Of a stretch of DNA of 64,000 bases, positions 54,741 through 64,000 are shown in pieces. The stretch spans positions 50,220,001 through 50,284,000 of the forward strand of contig OZ024741.1 of assembly GCA_964016885.1 (NCBI GenBank), written 5' to 3'. This DNA is from Eledone cirrhosa (taxonomy: Eukaryota). The notes under the pieces are model-generated. The model worked only from the letters and a program-made list of their open reading frames with translations. It was not told where the DNA came from and did no database searches. The first letter of the stretch is position 1; each line of letters starts with the position of its first letter. The position numbers and the translations under genes are program-made.

Positions 54741-54791
54741 CTTTGGTAAATCATTAGTCAGTTCATATAGCCGGTCTTGTTTCTCTTCATT
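54741..54791 (-). CDS. LRRFIP2: LRRFIP1/2-family coding exon (NEEKQDRLYELTNDLPK), 51 nt, phase 0
   Basis: Strong polypyrimidine tract with caacag| acceptor and |gtatgt donor. Open and in phase with the flanking exons. Confidence 0.75.
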
Positions 54792-55411
54792 CTGTTGAAG
54801 AAAAAGAAAAGAAATAATGACTGAAAAGAAATGAATGTGTGTGTGTGTCAGGGAAGAAGATGGAAATAAATATCAATGGCTGTTGTTATTTAGCCCCAGG
54901 TCAATTGTGAACCAGCAAAGATGTTCTAGACTCACAACATTTGAATGTCCCAGTTACTATGGGCATTTAGATGGTATCTGATGTGCAACGGTGTAGAGTA
55001 AAATGGCATGATGATTGATCAATAGCTTGCTAGTTCTTGGAGGACTTGGAGTAGTAGTTAAAATTGACGTCTGTCTCAAACCTTAAGGTTCATCAAGCCA
55101 TTTGTTTAGCCCAGATTTCATTGCTGTTAAGTGATGCAGAGTGCAATAGTCAACCCTGGAGGGAATGCCAGTCCATAGCAAGGGTATGAACCCTTAGCTA
55201 GCACTTATTCCTTTTCAGGGCATGATGCCCTGCCAACTCTGGGAATCAAACCCAAGGTTATATGATCATTAGTGCAATACTCTTGCCACTACTAGTAGCA
55301 ATAGAATACAATAGCATCAACAACAACATTGTTTCTACTATATAAGGGGATAGCCCTGTGAGCCTGACAGACTTCATACACTGTATGGGATCTTTTTTGA
55401 GGCAATGTTTT

Positions 55412-56490
55412 ATATACCTTGTTGTATATTATATAGTCTACATACCTTGTTATATATAGTCTATATACCTTGTTATATATAGTCTACATACCTTGTTATA
55501 TATAGTCTACATACCTTGTTATATATTATATACTCTACATACCTTGTTATATATTATAAAGTCTACATACCTTGTTATATATTATATAGTCTACATTAGA
55601 GCGGTGGATTGGCAGTATCGTTAGAGAGTCGGACACCATGCTTTGCAGCAAAGAGTTACGGCCCTTTATAGTCTGAGTTCAAATCCCGCCGAGGCTAACT
55701 TTGCCTTTCATCCTTACGGGGTCAATAAAATAAAGTACCAGTAATGGACTGGGATAATTGCTGGCCTTGTGCCAAAAGTAGAAACAATTATATAGTCTAC
55801 ATACCCGAGGTTAACTTTGCCTTTCATCCTTACGGGGTCGATAAAATAAAGTACCAGTAATACACTGGGTAATTGCTGGCCTTGTGCCAAAAGTAGAAAC
55901 AGTTATATAGTCTACATACCTTGTTATATATATTATATAGACTACATACCTTGTTATATATTATTATATACCCTACATACCTTGTTATATATTATATAGT
56001 CTACATAGCTTGTTATATATTATTATTATATCGTTAGAGGGTCTGACGCCATGCTTTGCAGCAAAGAGTTACGGCCCTTTATGATCTGAGTTCAAATCCC
56101 GCCAAGGTTAACTTTGCCTTTCATCCTTACGGGGTCGATAAAATAAAGTACCAGTAATGCACTGGGTAAATGCTGGCCTTGTACCAAAAGTAGAAACAAT
56201 TATACACCCTACATACCTTATATATTATATTGGCAGAATTGGTAGAGGGTCGGACGCCATGCTTTGACGCATAGAGTTACGGCCCTTGCCATTCTGAGTT
56301 CAAATCCCGCCGGGGTTAACTTTGCCTTTCATCCTTACGGGGTCGATAAAATAAAGTACCAGTAATACACTGGGTAATTGCTGGCCTTGTGCCAAAAGTA
56401 GAAACAATTGTAAACCTTACATACTTGGCTATATAATATATACCCTACATACCTGGCTATCTAGAAACAATTATATACCCTACATACCTC
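55412..56490 (+). repeat. ~23-28-bp minisatellite (TACATACCTTGTTATATATTATATAGTC) interleaved with four copies or part-copies of a tRNA-derived SINE
   Basis: SINE copies at ~55597-55790, 55805-55905, 56029-56201 and 56230-56410. They share actttgcctttcatccttacggggtc(g/a)ataaaataaagtacca, and three also keep the B box GAGTTCAAATCCC. Confidence 0.85.
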
Positions 56491-56577
56491 ACTCTATAGA
56501 TAGACATAAAGGGTGTGGTGACTTTTCAATAACTTAATTTCATTTTCACATAACTTGTTTGATAACTGAAACAAAAC

Positions 56578-56975
56578 ACCACCACTTTTACTCCCCTCAC
56601 CACCACTACCACAGCTATCACCACCACTACTACCACCACCACCACCACCAGTTATAACCACCATTATAACTAACATTACAACTACTACCACTACCACCAC
56701 CACTATTGCTACTGCTACTACCATCACCACGATAACTACTATCACAGCTAACACTACAACTTTTATCACCACATCCACTACCCCTCACAACTAAAACTGC
56801 AATTGTAATTAATATAACCACCATTATTACCACCACCACAATAGTTATAACTACCACCACCACAGCTATAACTACCATCACCACCACTATAGATATAACT
56901 AACACCACCATTATTACTACAACCATCACACCCACAATAGCTATAACTACTACCACCACCATTACAATCTTCACA
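56578..56975. repeat. Low-complexity (ACC/ACT/ATT)n trinucleotide region
   Basis: Directly visible in the sequence. Source of the poly-Val ORFs. Confidence 0.85.
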
Positions 56976-57073
56976 ACACTTGGTAATCCTCCAAACTTGG
57001 AATCATCTTGGGGGATGGCAGATGGAGTAATGGACATGCTGGAGTAGTTTAATGTTACTCTCCACAGTAAACA

Positions 57074-57265
57074 GGGCGGTGGATTGGCAGTATTGGTAGA
57101 GGGTTGGACGCCATACTTTGCAGCATAGAGTTACAGCTCTTTATGGTCTGAGTTCAAATCCCGCCGAGGTTAGCTTTGCCTTTCATTCCTTACGGGGTCG
57201 ATAAAATAAAGCACCGGTAATGCACTGGGGTAATTGCTGGCCTTGTGCCAAAAGAAGAAACAAAA
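57074..57265 (+). mobile_element. tRNA-derived SINE (same family as 55597), with a Meta/Deu-type conserved central domain
   Basis: A box TGGCAGTATTGG, B box GAGTTCAAATCCC, and central ctttgcctttcat.ccttacggggtcgataaa. Confidence 0.8.
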
Positions 57266-57497
57266 TTAATACAGTGAGATCACTGTTTAAAATGGCTAAA
57301 CTGTACCTATATTGTGTCACCTCTTTACAGGTGGGTGGATTGAGCTAGTGGGGCATATGTGTCTTAACAATATGACACTGTTCATAATGGTTGAACAGTA
57401 CTTTGGAGAATGTATTGACAGCTGGCTCAGCTCAGCCAGTGAAATTTAAAAACCTACCTAGCCATATGACACTTTTTTTAAAAATAATAACTAAACT

Positions 57498-57668
57498 GTA
57501 CTTACTATAAGGAAGCTTGTTTAGAGCCAGTGAGGTTTACGTACTTACTATAAGGAACCTTCACAGAGCCAGTGAGGTTTATGTACTTACTATAAGGAAC
57601 CTTGTTTAGAGCCAGTGGGGTTAATAACTTACTATAAGGAACCTTGATAGAGCCCAGTGAGGTTTAAA
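57498..57668. repeat. ~42-bp minisatellite, 4 copies
   Basis: Repeats of gtacttactataaggaaccttgtttagagccagtgaggttta. Confidence 0.85.
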
Positions 57669-58555
57669 TGTCTTCACCATGTGATACTATTTGTAATGTC
57701 TTATAGAAATGGTTGAGAACAGTAATCATGATTATCAAATATTGACACATGATAAAACATTTCTAGATTATTGCTATATGTGTAATTTTAGCTAGCCTCC
57801 AATGAGGTTGCATTTCATAGGAGGTTTCTTGGATGTTTTAACTCAGAATGCACAAAGCCAAGGAACAGATGCTGCATGGTGTCCTGTCCAATGCTCTAAC
57901 AATTCCATCAATCTATTGCCCAGGACTACTCCCCAAAAAAGGCAAAGTTGACCTCTTCAAGATTTGAATTCAGAGTGCAGAAAGCCAGAACAAATACAGC
58001 AAGGCATTTAATCTGATACATTCACAACTATTCCAATTTGCTACCTTCCCATTTATAGAGGAAGAAGTATACCAGTATATAACTGGTATTTAATGACATT
58101 GTAGAATGTACGTTGCAGCTAAATACTCAAAGTCTAGTGCTTAATCGCTTTAACAACCAATGGTATGCCTGGAGACCACATTTGAAAACCATATTTTCAA
58201 TGAAACCTCATTGGTCAACTGATAACTGTGGATTCAATGGCAAGACCTGGTACAATTCATCTTCAGTGTGCACTGACAACAATACACACAGAGAGATGAC
58301 AAGTTAAAGAGAGGAGCCTTGTGTAGTCACTTCATCTATTTGCTAGAAACAGTAGCTAAATCTTTAAATCATAACCTACAATCTTAAAAAAATGGAAATA
58401 CATATTAGATAACGAAGTCTTAAGTACACAATAGTTTGGAGGAAAAAACTTGAACAAGACTGGAATGCCTTTGATCTTAAATCTGCTCAAACTGAGTTGG
58501 CCTGGGGCTAAACAACGTCAACAACTTAAATAGAGAAGGTTTTCTCTAGCTGATT

Positions 58556-59855
58556 CGTGTGTGCCGGGTGGCCTAGATCTCTGGAAAGACACCTAAGCAA
58601 TGGCAATTGGGAGTGATAATCCCAATTTTCAAAAAGGGAGACAAGAGATTGTTCCAATTACAGAGGAATTTCCTTGTTAAGCCTCCCTGCTAAAGTCTAT
58701 GCTAAGTGATGTAGGTAGACTGTTGATTCCAAGCTAGCTGATGAACAATGTAGTTTTCACTCTGGACGCAGCACAGCTGACAAAATATTCACACTGCAGC
58801 AGGTTTTCAAGAAATCATGAGAGTATTACCAAGAGATATATTCTTGTTTTGTAGACCATGAAAATGCATATGACCATGTTCCTTGGGACCTGCTGTAGAA
58901 GGTTCTGTTCTGCAAGAATATGGGAGTCGGATCCCACCAAGGGTGCATACTGTCACCTCTCCTGTTCATTATTTTCATGAACAGGATTCACGTGCGCAGC
59001 CGGGTTGGAGGTGGTATCACCATTGGTAGGTGTAAAATCAGTTGGCTGGAATTTACAGACGACATGGTGTTACTTAACTCAACAGAAGGTGATTTCTGAC
59101 TTGTACTTAATAGGTTTGATGCCAAGTGCTGCATGGCAGGAATGAAAATCAGTGCTGCAAAAACAGACACTCGCCTTTAAAGGAAGCCAGTACAGTGCAC
59201 TCTACATGTAAATGGAGTTCCACTGAAGCAGGTGAAGAAGTTCAAGTATCTTGGTGCTGTTTTCATGAGTGATGGAAGACAGGAGGCTGAATTAAATGCA
59301 AGAATTGCAGGAGCTGGTGCAGTAATATGCCAGCTTTGGCATTCAGTAATCAGAAGAAGAGAGGTAGGTGTAAAAGCCAAACTCGCTATCTTCAATTCAG
59401 TATTCATGCCAACCCTTACATTATAATCATGAATCTTGGGTAATGACAGAAAGAATATGATCGTGAATACAAGCAGCCGAAATGGGGTTCCTCCAAAGGG
59501 TCTTTGGAGTGAAGTTACTCAATAGAGTGAGTAGCTTAGAGATCATAGAGTCACTCCAGGTAGAGCCATTACCTCTCTGAAGTAAGAGATCACAGCTATG
59601 ATTCTATGGGCATGTGGTTAGAATGTCTCAGAAAAGACTTGCTGGACAGAGATTACATGTAAAACCAACTGGTAGGAGACCAGGGGTAGACCCTGATCAA
59701 GATGGTAGGATAACATCTATGAGCTTGGCTGGTTACACTTGGGGATCCAGCCAGATCAGTTGGAGATGGTTGCTTCTAACAGGACCCACTGGAAAGAGTG
59801 TTTGAAGACTGCCCCATCACAGGAATATGTGGGCAAAGAATAAGAGAAGAAGAGA
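58556..59855 (+). mobile_element. Degenerate RTE LINE (Rex3/Expander-like)
   Basis: WQLGVIIPIFKKGD, NYRGISLLSLPAKVYAK, HQGCILSPLLF and FKYLGAVFMSDGRQEAELNARI remnants. Confidence 0.8.
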
Positions 59856-59857
59856 CA

Positions 59858-60075
59858 TGGCCTAAATGCTTGTCGGAGGAAGGGCAGTGCCCATCACTAT
59901 TTTCAGGACCTTTGAGACTGGATGGTGCGTGGTGGGGGGATCCTCAAACCAGCAACCTGGCCTAAATGCTTGTCAGGGAGAAGGGCAGTGACCATCACTC
60001 TTTTCAGGGCCTTTGAGACTGGAAGATAGTAGTGGTGGGAAGTATCCTCAAACCAGAAGTCTGACCTGAATGCTT
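59858..60075. repeat. ~100-bp tandem duplication (~2.2 copies)
   Basis: tggcctaaatgcttgtc...ctttgagactgga...tcctcaaaccag at 59858 and 59958. Confidence 0.8.
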
Positions 60076-60817
60076 GCAGCACCAAGGGCCAGATGTGGGT
60101 GGTGTTAAAATGGGTGACAGTTTATGTCTAGCACCTAAGTTAGACATGGTGGTATTTCAAAGAGCTGGAACAAGCAGGAGACATCTTGTCCAACACTCCC
60201 ACAATTCTACTAGGACACTTTGCCAACCCTTACAAGATGAAGTACTATTGTACAAAGTATATAAAAAGTTGTTAACAACTATTTAGTTGTTTGCTATTTA
60301 ATTTAGATTTTAAATACAATTCTCAAGAATTTGTCAAACATATATGCCAGGTGTTGTGACCAGTAGATAGTATCAGCAATAGAAACACCAATCGTAACAT
60401 CCCTACTACCCAAGTTGATAATAGGTCCAGCGAGATGTGAAATGTTGACACATCCTCACATTTACAGAACAACAGACACACCCCTGCACATATATTTCAA
60501 ATGGTTCATTAAGTATTTTAGTAGTCAGTGCTAAACATATCATTTATGTGTGGGTTATAGGTATATATACATGTACATGTAATTATAGGTATATATACAC
60601 ATGTACATATAATGTACATGATGTACTTACAGGTAACAGAAAAGAAGAACTAAAATTGAAGCAAGCAGGTTTCCCCAAAATTCTCAGTCTATGTTAACAG
60701 GCATACATGTCCATCTTTTCTTGCTTCCTTTTGATCTTTAAAACCAATTCAGGGAGAAGAGGGGAAGGGGTAAGAGGAGTGGCAGTATATGAAGAGGAGA
60801 AAAAATGGACAACTTAC

Positions 60818-60904
60818 TTCTCTCTGCTGTTTTTCAAGTTCCTTCATTCGAATTTCTCTGGCTTCACTCCTTGACGCCCTCTTGGCAGCAAGTTTAGCTT
60901 CAGC
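60818..60904 (-). CDS. LRRFIP2: LRRFIP1/2-family coding exon ([29 protein letters not shown]), 87 nt, phase 0. No upstream start exon was identified in the window
   Basis: ttacag| acceptor and |gtaagt donor. Near match to the conserved LRRFIP N-terminal helix AEARLAAKRAARAEAR.IRM.ELERQQKE. Confidence 0.95.
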
Positions 60905-62103
60905 CTGTAATGGAGAAACACAATAGATTATTGTAGATACATATCCAAGACTGCTGAGTCACAAAGAGGAATGGCAGCAGATAGCAAATATAACAACAAC
61001 TATGAAAAAGATATACTAAATAATCAACAATAGTTTTGATAAATGGTAATAACAGCAACAACTTGTTAATCAGGAATGGTTCTGCTAAATAATAACAGCA
61101 ACTACAACAACAGTTATCTTGTCACCACACTAACAAGACTAGATAGACACACGTACTTATAGAACAGGCACAGCCACACATTTACAACACAAAAGACACA
61201 CTCACTCACTTATAGGACAACCTGCCCACATACACATAGGACAACTGCTGTGTCCACAGGACAACAGATACACCCACCAGATCGCAGGCAGATCCTCACA
61301 CAGAGAACAATGCACACATACACACACACAGGACTACAGACAGACATACACACAGGACAACAGGGACACCCACCAGATCACATGCGTCCGTGTCCCCCCC
61401 CCCCACACACACACAGGATTAGACAGACATACACATTCAGGACAACAGACACACACAAGACTACAGACCCCCCCCCCACACACACACACAGAGACAGAGG
61501 ACCACAGATACACTCACAGTAATAGAGTACCTTGTTATATCCAGTACAAGGTTCACTAAAATATGATGATGGTGGTGGTGGTACTACTAATTGTCACTCT
61601 ATAGAGGTACATCACATGACAAAGTTACTGCTGTTACTTAGCCCTGATTAAGCAGTACTATCCTCAAAAACATTCCAGCCATGACCATCCTGTGTTTTTT
61701 GTATATCTAGGCCTACATTTTCCAACATGTTCTTCCTTTTTTAATGATAAATGAGTATAATATGAGGGAGATTTGTCTGCTATTTCTATTAGGCTGAGTG
61801 ACTACATAGAAGTTCCCCTCATTGGTTTGTCACAAGACAAGGGTAAATCTAGTGTTGGCCATCAAGAAAGTAGGAGGACTATTACTACTCGTGTTTCTAT
61901 GTTTCTGGTCAAAACACATATTCTACTCGGCACCAGCCAGTTGAAATAGGCACCAGATCATGTGGGGAATGTTACTGTACAATAGACTGGTGTACTATCC
62001 AAGAGAGATAGGGTGTTATCTCATCTGTGTTTTGTTTTGGGGCTGAACACTTTACTCTACATTAGCTTAGTTATCAGGAATAGAAAGAAATCATTATCAG
62101 GGA

Positions 62104-62512
62104 ATTGTTATACTTTGGGAGGGTCATGCTGCCAATAAAAACACATGCACTTGTTGGTTTTCACTTCAATTTATTATAAACTTTTGGTTGGTTGGTTCTA
62201 TAACTGGATGGTTGTTTATATATTGTCAAAGCTCTTTTGTCATATATTCTGTGACCTCCTCAGTGACTGGGTTTTTCTACACCATCTTGTTTTTCTTGAA
62301 AAACAAGATGTAGGACAAAACAAAGGAGAGACACAAAATAAAAACCCAGTCACTGAGGAGGTCACAGAATATGTGATGAAAGAGCTTTGACAATATATAA
62401 ACAACCATCCGGTTATCGAACCAACCAACCGGAAATTTATAATAAATTGAAATGAAAACCAACAGGTGCGTGTGTTTTTATTGGCAGCATGACCCTCCCA
62501 AAGTATAACAAT
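62104..62512. mobile_element. Foldback of two Penelope terminal repeats (family of 30281-31400), each with an HHR-like motif
   Basis: Arms ~62104-62277 and ~62339-62512 are reverse complements. The plus-strand motif 62349-62391 reads GTCA-CTGAGGA-G GTCAC AGAATAT GTGAT-GAAA-GAGC-TT-TGAC. Confidence 0.82.
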
Positions 62513-63185
62513 ATCTCTTTCAACACACGTTTTCAGATAAGAAATCTTGCAAAACAAATTAAAAAACGAATTATCAGGGAATATTACCTCACCAGATAAA
62601 CACACATACATGTCAAGCCAATGAGGGTGACTAGATGGTCACTTAACTGCTAGAAACAGCAGTGAAATATCTTTCAATTCACACCCTACCATCTTAGAAA
62701 GGGACATGTTGGATAATGTAGCCAGGATTTCATGCAAATAGGAAATAAGACAGGGTGGTCGTGACTAGAATGACTTTGATTAATGGTCTGTTTGATAAGA
62801 GCTGCCTCAGGAGCTAAATAACAACAACCATTCACACACACAAAATGAATCACAAGGAAAATTGCAGTAAACATTTTTTTTTTTTACATTTCAAAATCTG
62901 ACAAATTTAAGGATGCATGAGTTAGTTGTTTAGCAGAATTATTTTAAGCAAGGTTAATATTTCAAATCATTTCTGGATGTATGTACTACATACATTAAGT
63001 TATGTTAGTGAAACAATAACGCTAATCTGATACAGCTTGAGGGCCTCAAATTTGGGAGTGGGAATAATCAATTATACAATCACCTTTACTTACTTATTAC
63101 CATATTTATAGTGAAATACACTGTATTTGAATTAATGAAGATTGTGGAGAGATTTACTAAAATAATTATTTCATTAAGATACTAT

Positions 63186-63440
63186 TAATAATAATAATGA
63201 AATTATTGTGTACAGTGCTCAGGTGCACTATAATTCATCAAAGGTGCATGTATAGTACATAGAATAATGTACAAATGTCAGGAAAATGAACAGTGTATGA
63301 GTCATGATATAATAATAATAATAATAATGAAATATTGTGTACAGTGCCCAGGAGCACCACAACTCATCAAAAAGTGCACGTACAGTACATAGGGCAATGC
63401 ACAAACATCAGGAAAATGAACAGTGCACGAGTCATGATAC
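63186..63440. repeat. ~130-bp direct duplication, each copy preceded by (TAA)n. Probably the 3' end of a minus-strand retroelement
   Basis: atgaaat(t)attgtgtacagtgc...gagtcatgata occurs twice. Confidence 0.75.
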
Positions 63441-64000
63441 ATGTAAGAGACATTTTATTTGTAAGATAATTTAACAAAAGGTTCTCATATCAATTTATGT
63501 TGAAAGAATTTATATAGGAACCCTTTCAAACAAATTGTCTTGTTTCACGGAACCAGAGGCAGTTTTCTTCAGGTTCATATGAAAAGGGTTACTATGAATA
63601 GTTACCTTCTCAAGAGAGAACTGGACCTAACAAGGAGTAGCATTCAGAAGTAGAGCGTGAGAGTTACAAGTGACTGGAACTACCAGCCTATAAATCACTG
63701 TAACCTCCTTACACACACTACCATGTGCCAAGGAAGGGAGAGATGCATATAACTTTGGATTACTTAATCTGCTAAGCTGTAAACTGGTACTATTATTATT
63801 GAGGAGGTCACTGTAAGATCACAAAAACTCTATATATTCTGAGTCATTCTAATGTCCAGAGTTATCACCTCACAAAGATCAATCTTACTTCCAACTGCAT
63901 TCAGCGATTTCATTTTTTATCAATTTTAACTTCACAAATATTTCTCATTAACCATATTTCTCATTTAAAAAAAAAAAAAAAAAAAAAAATCACTTCATGT

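Noticed and set aside
56494-57037. Poly-Val 'membrane protein' ORFs
   Set aside because: They are translations of an (ACC/ACT)n low-complexity tract.
60630-60650. Micro-exon candidate between ttttag and gtaagt on the minus strand
   Set aside because: It is about 19 nt, would shift the frame, and has no supporting similarity.
63967-63989. Poly-A run as a processed pseudogene tail
   Set aside because: There is no upstream ORF or recognisable target-site duplication within the window.

Overview
Eukaryotic, AT-rich animal DNA. The repeat landscape suggests an octopod cephalopod (inference). The window holds five short phase-0 coding exons of an LRRFIP1/2 orthologue on the minus strand (60818-60904, 54741-54791, 51355-51426, 10890-11060, 2712-2804). 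Nearly everything else is intronic repeat. The repeats include an R4/Dong-type RLE retrotransposon and a ~7.2-kb 53-bp satellite amplified from inside a tRNA-derived SINE. A 40-kb intron is packed with (TA)/(TACA) microsatellites hosting about ten copies or fragments of a young RTE LINE whose ORF carries a PHD finger. There are also CR1, BovB-like, RTEX-like and Rex3-like LINEs, two Penelope-like elements with GIY-YIG domains, two non-autonomous Helitrons and several SINEs. The most notable non-coding signal is five sequence-distinct hammerhead-ribozyme (HHR) families at Penelope-type termini. Four of them occur as inverted (foldback) pairs, and several have non-canonical cores (U.U closing stem II, CAGAAGA). 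The long Tyr/Ile/His/Val/Cys-repeat ORFs are microsatellite artefacts.
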